Assembly: GCA_964523525.1 (NCBI GenBank)
Contig: CAZFYO010000002.1
Location: 133,038-197,037, forward strand
Length of the DNA stretch: 64,000 nt
Direction of reading: 5' to 3'
Source of the DNA: an uncultured Elusimicrobia bacterium
GTDB taxonomy: Bacteria; Elusimicrobiota; Elusimicrobia; 2-02-FULL-39-32
A program made the translations under genes and the position numbers. This document shows, in pieces, positions 7,755 through 17,900 of the stretch. The notes under the pieces were generated by a model. That model was not told the origin of the DNA. It saw only the letters and a list, made by a program, of their open reading frames with translations, and ran no database searches. The first letter of the stretch is position 1. Each line of letters begins with the position of its first letter.

Positions 7755-10577
7755 TCAAAACGTCGGCCCGAGGCCGAAATAGAACGTCTGCTCGCCGTCC
7801 GACGTGCGCCGCGCGAAGTCCACGCGCAGGATGACCGGGAACGTCTGCAGGACGAACGTCTGGAAGCGCAGCCCGACGCCCAGGGAATGTTTCGCGTCGG
7901 TCATGTTCTGCACGAGCAGGTCGCCGCGCCGGTTCCAGAGCAGGCCGCTGTCCATGAAGAGCGCGCCGTAGATGTTCTTGAAAAGGAAGTCGGGAAAGAA
8001 GAACCATATGTGATAGTTGGCATTAAAGAAAATAGGAAAGCGGAATTCAATGTTGTTGATGAGAAAATTGTTGGCGGCGTTGCCGGCGTCGAAGCGGCCG
8101 TAGCCGCGGATCATGTCGTCGCCGCCCGCGCGGAACACCTGGCGGTCGCGTCCGAAGCTGGACCCGCCCCGCCACTGGATGGCAAGTGAGCTTTCCCGAT
8201 GCACGGGCACGAAATGCTGGAACGTCAGAAAATAATTGCGATAGTCGAGCGTGCTGTCGAAAGCGGCGTTGGCCTCCTCAGCCGAAGCGACCAGCCGGTA
8301 ACCGGCCGTCGTTTCCAGGTAGCGGCCGCGGCTCACGTCGCGGGTGTAGTTGAGCGAGGCCACGTTCTCGCGCCCCGCGAAACGGTAGCGCACGAAATCG
8401 TCGTCTTCAAACTGGATGCGCCGCTGGGTTGTGAGCATATGGAACTCCAGGGAATCGAAACGCCCGAGCGGACAGCTCACTCCAACCAGCTGGGCGTCCT
8501 CCCGCCGCGATTCCCGGGTCGTCAGGAACACGCTGTCCTGCGTGTCGCCCAGAAACCCCACGAAAAACTGCGGGCGAAACCGCAGGTAGGAGTAAAGGAC
8601 CTGGTAATTCAGGAAGCTGATGGCCGAAGCGTAGGAAACCGACGCCTGGAGCTGATGGTTTCCCAGGAGTTCCGACGCCTGCCAGTAGGCGGAAGTGAAG
8701 AAACCGTCCAGGGACGAGTAGTAGAGGATCGGAAAAAAGAAATCAGTCGAGGCGCGGAACTTGTAGGGCTTTCCCTCCGACGGCGATGCCTCGTTGCCCG
8801 TTTCGCCCTCCGATGGAGCGGTCGGCTCGGACCGGGCGGCCGCCGCGGAAGGCTGCGCCGCCGCCGCGAAAAGTTTTCCCGTTTCGGCGCGGTAGAGATG
8901 CTGCTCTCCCTGCCAATGCGACACAAACAAGACCTGCGAATCATCCGGAGAAAACGCCGGGTAAAAATTGCCCCCTATCACGTCGGTGAGGCGCCGGACC
9001 TGCCCTTCGGGGAGCGTCAGACGGTAAAGGTTGCGCGCGCCGCCGGCCTCGCCGATGAACAAAACGTCCCTTCCGGAAGATGAAACCGCCGGCTGGAACT
9101 CATGGCCGGGCAGATCGGTGACCTGCCGTTCCTTTCCGGAATCCAGCGCCAGGGTCCAGAGGTTCCGCTCGTAAATTTTGCCGGACTTCCGCGACTCGCG
9201 CGAAAATATCACGCCCCGCCCGTCCGGCAGGAAGCGGACGTCGCTTTCGTCTTCCAAAGTCTGGGTCAGGGGTTTCAGATTCTTTCCCCGGAGGTCTGAC
9301 ATGAAAATGTCCGTGACGCCGTCTTTCATCCCGACGAAGGCGATCCGCTCCCCGTCGGGAGAAAACTGCGGGGACACCACGCTGTCCAGCGAAGGGAACG
9401 CGACCGATTTCAGCCGGTCGCGCTTCATGTCATACAGGAAAAGATAGTCCTTCTGGCGGCGCTCGCCGGCGAACAGCAGCCAGCGGCCGTCCCTGGATAC
9501 GGAAAGACCGCTGCCCTGCTGGTGAATATTCTCCACCTTGCCCGGAAATTTTTTCTGGAGCCCGAGCGGCAGCGAGCGGGCGAGCGCGATATCGTGGCGG
9601 AAAATTTCGGTGAAGCCGTCCGCGTCCGACGTATAGACCAGCGATTTACCGTCCGGCAGCCAGGTCGGGTTGGCATGGAACACGGGATAAAGTCCGTCGG
9701 GATGGGTGAGCGCTTCGCCATATTCGAGGGGTGTCTTCATCCTGCTGATGTCATCCGCGTACTGTTCCGCGAGGTCCTCCCGGAACTTGGCGTCAAGCTC
9801 CTTCAGGCCGAGGCCGAGTATTTCTTCCAGCGAGCTGTTGATGTCGAACTTTTCCGTGATGTCTTCAAGCAGCAGGCCGACTTTTTCCGGACCGTATTCC
9901 CGCGCGATGAAATTGATGGCCGCGTTTCCGGTCTTGTAGGAAAGCGTCACCTGGTGCGGCTTCACGTGATTGAAGCCGTGCAGCATCCCGAGCGGGATGA
10001 GCTGGTCCGAAGCCACCGCGTCGCGCATCACCATGTCGCGCTCCACATCGTCGATATCGCCGGAGTAATGCTCCGCCATGCCTTCCATGAACCAGAGCGG
10101 GTAGAGCACCGACTTCAGGAGGCGCGCCGATTTCCAGAAGCCCGAATAGAGGACGTGAAACTGCGCGACGTGCGTGAACTCGTGGATGATCACGTGTTCG
10201 AGCCAGGTCCGGGAACCGTTATTGAACACGAGGAACCGGTCCTTGAACGCCTCCGTCACGCCTCCGGTACCCTCCCCCACGTCCACGATGTTGTTCTGCT
10301 CGAATTCGTTATGGTTGAGGAAGAGAAAAAAGTTGGACCTCTGGGGAATCGAGATGCCGAGGCCGCCGGTGACCGACGTATAGGCGTCTTCCAGCATTTC
10401 AGCGACCGCGGGAAGGACTTTCTCGGCGCCTTGATAATAATGAATATTGAAATGGGCCGTCTGGGACACTTTCCAGGCGAACTTTTTGGCGATCAGCTTG
10501 TTGTTTGCGGCGGGACGGACGAGAGAAGGGAAGAGAAGGAAAGCGCCGAGCAGAAGTCCCAGCCGGGAACGCTTCAT
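7755..10577 (-). CDS. secreted 940-aa multidomain protein with an HExxH peptidase-like domain, a TolB/PD40-type beta-propeller and a C-terminal Omp85/surface-antigen-like beta-barrel
   Basis: Signal peptide MKRSRLGLLLGAFLLFPSLVRPA, then an HEFTH zinc-binding-like motif (VIIHEFTHVAQFH). The centre has repeated PD40-like segments (FSPDG…, LPDG…, FSPDD…). The C-terminal ~350 aa is rich in alternating aromatic beta-strands and ends in an aromatic residue (…FYFGLGPTF), as outer-membrane barrels do. Confidence 0.55.
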   Translation of the reverse strand: MKRSRLGLLLGAFLLFPSLVRPAANNKLIAKKFAWKVSQTAHFNIHYYQGAEKVLPAVAEMLEDAYTSVTGGLGISIPQRSNFFLFLNHNEFEQNNIVDVGEGTGGVTEAFKDRFLVFNNGSRTWLEHVIIHEFTHVAQFHVLYSGFWKSARLLKSVLYPLWFMEGMAEHYSGDIDDVERDMVMRDAVASDQLIPLGMLHGFNHVKPHQVTLSYKTGNAAINFIAREYGPEKVGLLLEDITEKFDINSSLEEILGLGLKELDAKFREDLAEQYADDISRMKTPLEYGEALTHPDGLYPVFHANPTWLPDGKSLVYTSDADGFTEIFRHDIALARSLPLGLQKKFPGKVENIHQQGSGLSVSRDGRWLLFAGERRQKDYLFLYDMKRDRLKSVAFPSLDSVVSPQFSPDGERIAFVGMKDGVTDIFMSDLRGKNLKPLTQTLEDESDVRFLPDGRGVIFSRESRKSGKIYERNLWTLALDSGKERQVTDLPGHEFQPAVSSSGRDVLFIGEAGGARNLYRLTLPEGQVRRLTDVIGGNFYPAFSPDDSQVLFVSHWQGEQHLYRAETGKLFAAAAQPSAAAARSEPTAPSEGETGNEASPSEGKPYKFRASTDFFFPILYYSSLDGFFTSAYWQASELLGNHQLQASVSYASAISFLNYQVLYSYLRFRPQFFVGFLGDTQDSVFLTTRESRREDAQLVGVSCPLGRFDSLEFHMLTTQRRIQFEDDDFVRYRFAGRENVASLNYTRDVSRGRYLETTAGYRLVASAEEANAAFDSTLDYRNYFLTFQHFVPVHRESSLAIQWRGGSSFGRDRQVFRAGGDDMIRGYGRFDAGNAANNFLINNIEFRFPIFFNANYHIWFFFPDFLFKNIYGALFMDSGLLWNRRGDLLVQNMTDAKHSLGVGLRFQTFVLQTFPVILRVDFARRTSDGEQTFYFGLGPTF

Positions 10578-11495
10578 TTACTTTATTTTGAGGAGTTTCT
10601 TCAGATTCTTGATCTTGGTCCTGGCGGTCTGGCTCCGGGGCGCGGCGGCCGACCATTTGTTGTAATAGTCGAGCGCCTTTTCGTTCTGCCCCATGTTTTC
10701 GTAGCTGACCGCGAGGATCTCGAGCAGGGCCGGGTCGCCCGAGCCGCGCTGCTGTTCGGGTTCGGCCGCCTGCGCCGCCTTCTGCCATTCCTTCTTGCGG
10801 TAATAAAGCTTGGCCAATGTAAACCCGACGCCGGGAGGCAGGCTTTCCCCGAGCGAAACGGCGCGCTCGAGATATCCGATCGCCTGGTCTTCGGTCTGGC
10901 GGATCTTTGCGGCGTCTTCGGGAGACGGCCGCGGGTTTTTGCTCTGGATGGATTCCGCGACCTGCTGGTAAGCGAGACCGCAGTTGATGATCGAGGTATA
11001 GTCCTTCGCGTTGTCGTCGATCAGGGCCTGGTAGCGGGCGATGGATTCCTCCCACTTTCCGGAGCGGAACAGGAGCCGCGCCAGGCGCAGTTTGATTTCC
11101 CGGTCTTCCGGCTGGTGGTTCAGAAAACGTTCATACTGCTTCTGCGCTTCCTCAAAAAGCGATATGTTCTCGTAGAGCACTCCCGAATAGTAGAAGATGC
11201 GCTCGTCGAACGCTCCGCCCTTCCGCGCCGCGTTGAGCGAGTTCAAAGCGTCCGCGTAGTGATCCGCCCCCATCCAATAGTAAATCACGCCCCGGTCCAC
11301 CAGCGATTTCAGGTCGTTGGGGTTTTTGGTCAGGTCTTCTTCCTTATCTTTGAGCAGGGATTCCAGTTTCGAGGCGGAGGGAGGGGCGTCGTTCAGCCGC
11401 GGGAAAAAGCGGTGATTGGAGCGCCGTTGGACCCAGAACACGATGAAGCCCAATGCCAGAACAAGGACGAGGGAACGGCGGAGTACGGAATTCAA
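10578..11495 (-). CDS. TPR-repeat protein with an N-terminal membrane anchor
   Basis: 305 aa with an N-terminal TM helix (LVLVLALGFIVFWV) and several 34-aa TPR-like repeats (…ALNSLNAARKGG…, GKWEESIARYQALID…, AIGYLERAVSLGE…, NEKALDYYNKW…). Confidence 0.6.
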   Translation of the reverse strand: MNSVLRRSLVLVLALGFIVFWVQRRSNHRFFPRLNDAPPSASKLESLLKDKEEDLTKNPNDLKSLVDRGVIYYWMGADHYADALNSLNAARKGGAFDERIFYYSGVLYENISLFEEAQKQYERFLNHQPEDREIKLRLARLLFRSGKWEESIARYQALIDDNAKDYTSIINCGLAYQQVAESIQSKNPRPSPEDAAKIRQTEDQAIGYLERAVSLGESLPPGVGFTLAKLYYRKKEWQKAAQAAEPEQQRGSGDPALLEILAVSYENMGQNEKALDYYNKWSAAAPRSQTARTKIKNLKKLLKIK

Positions 11496-11519
11496 AACGG
11501 ATGGGACGTCGGGTCGCGG

Positions 11520-13211
11520 TTACTCGAAAAGGTCGCCCAAGGCGGGTCCGGGGGTGTTGCCCGAATATTTGCGGACCGCCGCGCGCTGCAAATCTCTGTC
11601 CAGCTGGCGGATGGAGATGTGGATCTTGCGCTCTTTGGCGTCTACCAGCATGATCTTGCCTTCAATTTCCTGACCTTCCTTGAGGACGTCCGAAACTTTT
11701 TCAAATTTTTCCGTGGAGACCTCGCCGTAAGGGACAAACCCTTCGACGTCCGGCTCGAGCGCGACCACCGCGCCCGCGTCGTTCACCTGCGATACCACGC
11801 CCTTCACTTTTTTGCCCTTGGCGTAAGTCTCGAAGGGGTTGGCTTTGAGCTGTTTCAAGCCCAGCGAAATTTTTTCCTTCTGAGGGTCGATCTCGAGGAC
11901 CTTGGCTTCGATCTCCTGGCCCGGCTTCAATACGTCCTCAGGATGGCGGACGCGCTTGGCCCAGGAAAAATCGGAAATGTGGATGAGGCCTTCCATGCCG
12001 GCTTCGAGCCGGGCGAATGCGCCAAAGGGCGCCAGAGACGTTACCGTCACCTTCACGGTGCTGCCCTCGGGGTACTTCTGCATCAGGCTGTCCCAGGGGT
12101 TTTCCCCCACGCGCTTGAGCGAGAGCGAAATTTTCTCTTTTTCGCGGTTGGCGGAGAGAACCTTCACTTCCAGTTCCTGTCCCACTTTGAACAGCTCTTT
12201 CGGGTTCTGAGTTTCGTGTTTCCAGGAAATCTCCGTCTGGTGCAGGAGTCCTTCGACCTGCGGCGCCAGCTCTAAAAATACTCCGAAATCGGTGAATGAG
12301 GTGATCTTTCCCTTGACGACGGCGCCGGCCGGGAAACGCTGCTCGACGTTTTCCCAGGGGTGGGGCATGAGGGACTTCCGCGACAGGGAAACCTTCTCGG
12401 TCTGAGGGTCCATCTTGATGATTTTGACGTCGATCTGCTGGCCGACCTTGAGGACGTCGGAAACCTTCTTCGTGTGGGCCCATTCGAGCTCGCCGATGTG
12501 GAGCAGGCCTTCGATGCCGCCGATATCCACGAACGCCCCGAAAGTGGTGATGCCCGTCACGACGCCCTGCCGGACGTCTCCCACCTTGATATGCTGGAGG
12601 GTTTCGGCTTTTTTCTTGGCGTTTTCTTCCGCGACGAACGTTTTGCGCGATAAAACGAGGTTGTTCTTGCGAACGTCGAATTCCATGATGTATGCGGTGA
12701 GCGTCTGGCCGACCCATTTCTCGAGGTTGCGGCTCATGCGGACGTCCACCTGGGACGCAGGCATGAAGCCCGTTAACCCGCTGAGGCACTCGACGGTGAG
12801 TCCGCCCTTGATGAGAGCCTTCACCTTGACGGGAATCGGGGTCTTGTTCTTGTGCAGCTCCTGGACCTCGCGCCACGACGTCCGGTCGCGCGCAGCTTTC
12901 CAGGAAACGGTGAGATAACCTTCGACCCGGGAGCTGGAATCGCGCAGGACCTGAACGGAGTCCCCCACCGCGAACGGAGCCTCTTCGCCGAACTCCGATT
13001 TCGGGATAAGCGCTTCGGCTTTGGAGCCCGTGTTTACGAGCGCGCCGTCCTTGTTGAAGCTGACGACCCGCACCGTGATGAACGAGCCGTTCTGGGAATC
13101 TGCGCCGCCCGCCGACTCTTCCTGAGCCAGCAGTTCGGCCATTCCCATTTCTTCGGGCTGCGCGTCGGATCCGTTTCCGGAGAGAATTTTTTCGTCTAAT
13201 GTTTCCGTCAT
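11520..13211 (-). CDS. rpsA: 30S ribosomal protein S1
   Basis: 563 aa with six tandem S1/OB-fold repeats (the GxV…G…FGAFV…GLLHISE pattern recurs). Sits in the conserved aroA-cmk-rpsA neighbourhood. Confidence 0.9.
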   Translation of the reverse strand: MTETLDEKILSGNGSDAQPEEMGMAELLAQEESAGGADSQNGSFITVRVVSFNKDGALVNTGSKAEALIPKSEFGEEAPFAVGDSVQVLRDSSSRVEGYLTVSWKAARDRTSWREVQELHKNKTPIPVKVKALIKGGLTVECLSGLTGFMPASQVDVRMSRNLEKWVGQTLTAYIMEFDVRKNNLVLSRKTFVAEENAKKKAETLQHIKVGDVRQGVVTGITTFGAFVDIGGIEGLLHIGELEWAHTKKVSDVLKVGQQIDVKIIKMDPQTEKVSLSRKSLMPHPWENVEQRFPAGAVVKGKITSFTDFGVFLELAPQVEGLLHQTEISWKHETQNPKELFKVGQELEVKVLSANREKEKISLSLKRVGENPWDSLMQKYPEGSTVKVTVTSLAPFGAFARLEAGMEGLIHISDFSWAKRVRHPEDVLKPGQEIEAKVLEIDPQKEKISLGLKQLKANPFETYAKGKKVKGVVSQVNDAGAVVALEPDVEGFVPYGEVSTEKFEKVSDVLKEGQEIEGKIMLVDAKERKIHISIRQLDRDLQRAAVRKYSGNTPGPALGDLFE

Positions 13212-13229
13212 AAATTTATTGTGCGAGTA

Positions 13230-13856
13230 TTATAACATTTTGATTTTTGTGTCTGCAACCAAACGCATCACGCGGTCGGCGAATATTTGATATTCCGCCT
13301 TCTCGTCGTCCACGGGTTTGGGATAAATCGGGGCCAGATACTGCACGCGAATCTTCTTAAACCGCATCATCTTGTTGGTGTTCCACACGCAGACCGGGAC
13401 CACGGGAACTTTCGCCTTGTAGGCGAGCATGCCGACGCCGGACTTGGCTTTTCCCACGAGGCCCGTCTTGTTGCGCCGCCCTTCGGGAAACACGAGCACG
13501 ATCTGCCCGCTCTGCAAAAGGTGCTGCGCGTGCTTGAACGCGCCGATGTCATGCTCGAAGCGCTTCACCGGGAACGCGTTCACCTGCCTGATGATCCAGC
13601 CGAGGACCGGGACGTTGAACAATTCTTCTTTCGCGAAATAAAAAATGGCCCGGTCGAGGAAACAGCCGACGAGAGGCGGATCGGCGAAAGACTGATGGTT
13701 GGCGGCCAGCAGGACGCCGCCGGTTTTGGGAACGTTTTCCAGGCCCGTCACTTCCGTGCGCCAGAAGATTTTGAAGTAAAGGAAGATCAGGAACTGGGCG
13801 AAGGAATAAAAAGCCTGCTGCCAGGGCTTGGGGGGAACGTAGGCTTTATGCGTCAC
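13230..13856 (-). CDS. plsC: 1-acyl-sn-glycerol-3-phosphate acyltransferase
   Basis: 208 aa with the acyltransferase HX4D motif (AANHQSFADP) and an FPEGRR motif. Confidence 0.8.
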   Translation of the reverse strand: MTHKAYVPPKPWQQAFYSFAQFLIFLYFKIFWRTEVTGLENVPKTGGVLLAANHQSFADPPLVGCFLDRAIFYFAKEELFNVPVLGWIIRQVNAFPVKRFEHDIGAFKHAQHLLQSGQIVLVFPEGRRNKTGLVGKAKSGVGMLAYKAKVPVVPVCVWNTNKMMRFKKIRVQYLAPIYPKPVDDEKAEYQIFADRVMRLVADTKIKML

Positions 13857-14551
13857 GGCTTTTCTTTTCCTTTCATTGCGGCGTTCAACCGGACGTAATT
13901 CAAAAGCTTTTTTGCGGCCTGCTCGAGCGTGAGGCTGGTGGAATCGATCACGACCGCGTCTTTGGCGACGGCCAGCGGCGAGATGCCGCGGTTCTTGTCC
14001 TTGTAGTCGCGCTGCGCCAGAGCGTGAGCGATGCGATCAAGGCTGACGCGTTTGCCGCGCGCTTTGAGCTCGTTATAACGCCGGAGCGCGCGTTCGCGAG
14101 GCGATGCGTCCAGATAAAATTTGACCTGCGCCTTTGGGAATACCGCGGTGCCGATGTCGCGGCCTTCCATCACCACGCCGCCCTTGCGCCCCATGGCGCG
14201 CTGCTTGTTGCGCAGCACTTCGCGCACGCCGTGGACCTTGGCGATCTCGTTCGTGTGGCGGCTCACCCGCTCGCTGCGGATCTTGCCGCTGACTTCCTTT
14301 CCGTCCACGAACACGTGGAAGAGCCCTTTGCGGTCCTGCTTCAAATGGATAGCGGTCTTCTTCGCGAGGTGGGTGAGCTCTTCCTCATTATGGAGCCGCG
14401 CCTTGGTTTCGAGCGCTTTCCAGGTGACGGCGCGGTACATGGCGCCCGTATCGATATAGAGATATCCCATCTCGCGCGCCACGATCTTGGCGATGGTCGA
14501 TTTTCCCGCCCCCGCCGGCCCGTCAATCGCGACAATGAGCTTCTTCTTCAT
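13853..14551 (-). CDS. cmk: cytidylate kinase
   Basis: The real start is MKKKLIVAIDGPAGAGKSTIAK (P-loop) at 14551, which overlaps the aroA stop (ATGA). The track ORF is extended upstream to 14632. Confidence 0.85.
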   Translation of the reverse strand: MKKKLIVAIDGPAGAGKSTIAKIVAREMGYLYIDTGAMYRAVTWKALETKARLHNEEELTHLAKKTAIHLKQDRKGLFHVFVDGKEVSGKIRSERVSRHTNEIAKVHGVREVLRNKQRAMGRKGGVVMEGRDIGTAVFPKAQVKFYLDASPRERALRRYNELKARGKRVSLDRIAHALAQRDYKDKNRGISPLAVAKDAVVIDSTSLTLEQAAKKLLNYVRLNAAMKGKEKP

Positions 14552-15894
14552 GATATCAGGCCCTGCAGATCGTCCCAGAAGGACGGGAAGGAGATGGCGA
14601 TGCAGTCGAAATCTTCGATCATGGTGATCCATTTACCGGTGATGAGGCCTGCGACCGCAAGGCTCATGGCCATCCGATGGTCGTGATAGGAGCGCACGAC
14701 GGCGCCGGAAAGAGGCGTCGGCCCTTCGATGATCAGGCCGTCTTTTTTTTCGACGATGTTGGCGCTCATTTTTTTGAGTTCCGCCGCCACGGCGGCAAGG
14801 CGGTCCGATTCCTTCACGCGCAATTCTCCCGCGCCGCTGATCTCGGTGCGGCCGCTCGCCTGCGTGGCAAGCACCGACAATATGGGAATCTCGTCAATCA
14901 AAAGCGGAATTTCGGCGGGCCGCACTTCGACGCCTTTCAGCTCGGAATGGCGCACGCGCAGATTCCCGATGGGCTCGTTGTTCTCGTCGCGCCTCTTTTC
15001 GACTATAACTTTGGCGCCCATGCGGCGGATCACGTCCAAAAACCCCGTGCGGGTCGGATTTAAATTCACATTCAATATCGTCAAATCACTTTTGGGGACG
15101 AGGAGCGCGGCCGCGATGAAGAAAGCGGCGCTCGAAAAATCTCCCGGCACCGTGAAATTGAGCCCGTCCAAAACCGTTCCGCCCTCGATGGAAACGCTGT
15201 TTTCTTTGAGCAGATCGCCGGCCTTCTTGTAGCGGATCCGGGCTCCCATGCTTTCGAGCATGCGCTCCGTGTGGTCGCGCGACTTTTCGGGCTCCGTCAC
15301 GCTCGTGCGGCCTTTGGCGAAGAGCCCGGCCAGCAAAATGCTCGACTTCACCTGCGCGCTCGCCACCGCGCTCGTCCAATCAATGGACCGGAGCCCCGGG
15401 TTGCCGGTGATTTCAAGCGGCGCGGTGCCTTCCACGGTTGAGCGAATGCGCGCGCCCATGCGGAAGAGCGGCTCGATCACGCGCTTCATGGGGCGCTTCG
15501 AAAGCGACGCGTCGCCGATTAAGCGCGCCTTGAAATCCTGCGCGGAGAGTAACCCTGAAAGCAATCGCATCGTCGTGCCGGAGTTTCCGCAGTCGAGTGC
15601 GGCCGAGGGCGCCTTGAACTCGCGCAGCTTCGTCGCCGCGTTCCGCTTCCCTTTTTCGATCATCCACTCGTTCTTCCCTTTCCTGATTCGGACGCCGAGC
15701 TGGCTGAATGTCTTAAAAGTGGACAAACAATCTCCGGAACCCAATGGATTTTTGATGCGGGATGATTTTTCCGAGAGCGCGCCCAGAAAAATCCCGCGGT
15801 GCGTGATGGATTTATCGGCCGGAGGACGATATTCGCCCGAAAGCTTTTTCTTTTTCAATAAAAGGGATTCGATAGAGGCTGTTTTGGGAATCAT
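14548..15894 (-). CDS. aroA: 3-phosphoshikimate 1-carboxyvinyltransferase (EPSP synthase)
   Basis: 448 aa with an EPSPS N-terminus (…GEYRPPADKSITHRGIFLGALSE…) and the motifs LDCGNSGTTMRLL and RVKESDRL. Confidence 0.9.
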   Translation of the reverse strand: MIPKTASIESLLLKKKKLSGEYRPPADKSITHRGIFLGALSEKSSRIKNPLGSGDCLSTFKTFSQLGVRIRKGKNEWMIEKGKRNAATKLREFKAPSAALDCGNSGTTMRLLSGLLSAQDFKARLIGDASLSKRPMKRVIEPLFRMGARIRSTVEGTAPLEITGNPGLRSIDWTSAVASAQVKSSILLAGLFAKGRTSVTEPEKSRDHTERMLESMGARIRYKKAGDLLKENSVSIEGGTVLDGLNFTVPGDFSSAAFFIAAALLVPKSDLTILNVNLNPTRTGFLDVIRRMGAKVIVEKRRDENNEPIGNLRVRHSELKGVEVRPAEIPLLIDEIPILSVLATQASGRTEISGAGELRVKESDRLAAVAAELKKMSANIVEKKDGLIIEGPTPLSGAVVRSYHDHRMAMSLAVAGLITGKWITMIEDFDCIAISFPSFWDDLQGLIS

Positions 15895-15918
15895 GATGGC
15901 TTCAATGTTTTGCGCGGG

Positions 15919-16854
15919 TTAAGCCTTCCGGGATTTTTTGGCGAGGAGCGCGGCGCGGTCCTTGCGGGCCGCGGTAAAAAAGGGAAGCCAGGCCGAAGCC
16001 TGAGCGGACTGGCCGGACGCCGGACCCGGTGTTCCCCGCTCAATGTCGCGGATCAGGCGGGACAGGATATCGCGGTACGATTTAAGCGCGCCGGTCAGAA
16101 ATTTTTGGTTCGCGGAGCTGATCTCGGCCCATTGTTCGGGAGCAGAATCGGAAATGCGCGTCATGTCGCGGAACGAACCCGCCAGCAAGCGCGGCGTATT
16201 TTTGTCCCGCCGAGCCAAACCCGAAATGAGCTGAACCAACGCCGCCGACAACACATGAGGCAGATGGCTGGTCTGGGCCACGAGCAAATCGTGGATTTCC
16301 GGTCCCATCTCGACGCAATCCGCTCCGGCTGATTTCCAAAGAGACTTTAGAACCGACAAGGGTCGCAGGGTCCTGGAATCGCCGCCGGAACCACCGCCGA
16401 ATCCGCCATTGTTTCCCGCGCAAAGCACCACGGTCGCTCCCTGATACAGCGAAACGTCGGCGTTTTCGGAGCCGGTCTTTTCGGACCCGGCCAGCGGATG
16501 GCCGCCGATAAATTGGACGGAGGAGCTGGAAAACATATTCTCGGCGCCCGCGACGATATCGGATTTAACGCTGCCGATGTCAGTGACCACGGCGCCGCTT
16601 TTAAGATGCGGCAGGATTTTCCGGATTGTAGGCAGGATGGCGGAAACGGACGTGCAGAGAACGACGATATCGGCGCGGGAAACGCCTGCGGCCAAATCCG
16701 TGCTAACTTCGTCGCAGGTTCCGCGGCGTTTTGCCGCGGAAAGCTTTTTGGGATCGCGCCCGACTCCGATCACCCGGGCGAACTTCCTGCGCCGGAGCGC
16801 GAGGCCCAGCGAGCCCCCCATCATCCCCACCCCGATGATAGAGACGATTCGCAC
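15919..16854 (-). CDS. tyrA: prephenate dehydrogenase
   Basis: 311 aa with a Rossmann N-terminus (IIGVGMMGGSLGLAL) and a TyrA-type dimerisation domain. Lies in an aromatic amino acid gene cluster. Confidence 0.8.
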   Translation of the reverse strand: MRIVSIIGVGMMGGSLGLALRRRKFARVIGVGRDPKKLSAAKRRGTCDEVSTDLAAGVSRADIVVLCTSVSAILPTIRKILPHLKSGAVVTDIGSVKSDIVAGAENMFSSSSVQFIGGHPLAGSEKTGSENADVSLYQGATVVLCAGNNGGFGGGSGGDSRTLRPLSVLKSLWKSAGADCVEMGPEIHDLLVAQTSHLPHVLSAALVQLISGLARRDKNTPRLLAGSFRDMTRISDSAPEQWAEISSANQKFLTGALKSYRDILSRLIRDIERGTPGPASGQSAQASAWLPFFTAARKDRAALLAKKSRKA

Positions 16855-16857
16855 GGC

Positions 16858-17871
16858 TTAGACCGTTTTGCCGACCGCCGAGGCGACGCGGCGGATATCG
16901 CCCATCAGCTTTTCGAACATGGCGGGGAGAAGCGCCTGGTGTCCATCGGAAAGAGCTTCCGTCGGTTTCGGGTGAACCTCCACCATGATGGCGTCCGCTC
17001 CGGCCGCCACCGAAGCCAGAACAATCGGGTTGATGTAATCGCGCACACCCACGCCGTGCGAGGGGTCCACCATGATCGGCAGGTGCGATAAATGCTTGAC
17101 CACCGGGACCGCGTTGATGTCGATCGTGTTGCGCGTGGCGGTCTCGAACGTCCGGATGCCGCGCTCGCAAAGAATGACGTTGCGGTTGCCGCGCGACATG
17201 ATGTATTCGGCGCTCATCAGCCATTCTTCGATGGTGTTGGCGAGGCCGCGCTTCAGGATCACGGGCTTTTTGACTTCGCCTACTTCCTTCAGAAGGTCAA
17301 AATTCTGGGAGTTGCGCGCGCCGATCTGGAGCACATCGGCATATTTGGCGACCGCCGCAACCTGGCGCGTGTCCATAACTTCCGTTACGGTTGGCATCCC
17401 CACGGCTTTGCCGGCTTCGGCGAGGTGCTTGAGAGCAGTCAGTCCATGGCCCTGAAAGGCGTAGGGCGACGTGCGGGGCTTGAACGCGCCGCCGCGCAGA
17501 AGATGCGCTCCAGCCGCCTTTACCGCGCGCGCGCAGGCCATCAAATTATCCATTTTATCGATGGAACAGGGCCCGGCCACCACGACAACCTTGCCGCCGC
17601 CCACTTTCACGCCCTTGATATCAACGATCGTGTCGTCTTTTTTGAATTCGCGTCCGACCAGCTTGTAAGGCTTCACGATGGGCGTCACGGTTTCGACGAA
17701 ATCCATCGACTCAAAAAGGTCCTTGTACTTGTTCTCCCCTTCGCCGATCACGCCGATGACGACGCGCAGCGCGCCCTTGGAAATGTGCGGGGTGAACCCG
17801 AGATCCTTGATCTTTTTTGTAATGCTGTCGACGTCCGCTTTCTTAACGCCCGACTTCAATGTGAGTATCAT
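16858..17871 (-). CDS. aroF: 3-deoxy-7-phosphoheptulonate (DAHP) synthase, class I-beta, with an N-terminal ferredoxin-like regulatory domain
   Basis: 337 aa. The KDO8PS/DAHPS I-beta core includes KPRTSPYAFQG and ILCERGIRTFE. An N-terminal ~70 aa extension resembles the Thermotoga-type regulatory domain. Confidence 0.85.
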   Translation of the reverse strand: MILTLKSGVKKADVDSITKKIKDLGFTPHISKGALRVVIGVIGEGENKYKDLFESMDFVETVTPIVKPYKLVGREFKKDDTIVDIKGVKVGGGKVVVVAGPCSIDKMDNLMACARAVKAAGAHLLRGGAFKPRTSPYAFQGHGLTALKHLAEAGKAVGMPTVTEVMDTRQVAAVAKYADVLQIGARNSQNFDLLKEVGEVKKPVILKRGLANTIEEWLMSAEYIMSRGNRNVILCERGIRTFETATRNTIDINAVPVVKHLSHLPIMVDPSHGVGVRDYINPIVLASVAAGADAIMVEVHPKPTEALSDGHQALLPAMFEKLMGDIRRVASAVGKTV

Positions 17872-17900
17872 GCGACTCTCCTTAAATTAGGGACAGCGCC

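Noticed and set aside
9522-12275. 917-aa ORF on the plus strand
   Set aside because: It is antisense to the 940-aa OM protein, the TPR gene and rpsA, all of which have clear homology. Its Arg/Ala/Gly-rich low-complexity translation is typical of spurious ORFs in GC-rich DNA.
13212-13229. An AT-rich 18-nt spacer upstream of rpsA with no Shine-Dalgarno sequence, considered as a possible mis-called start
   Set aside because: rpsA commonly lacks a canonical SD and relies on a structured AU-rich leader. The S1 N-terminus aligns from this Met.
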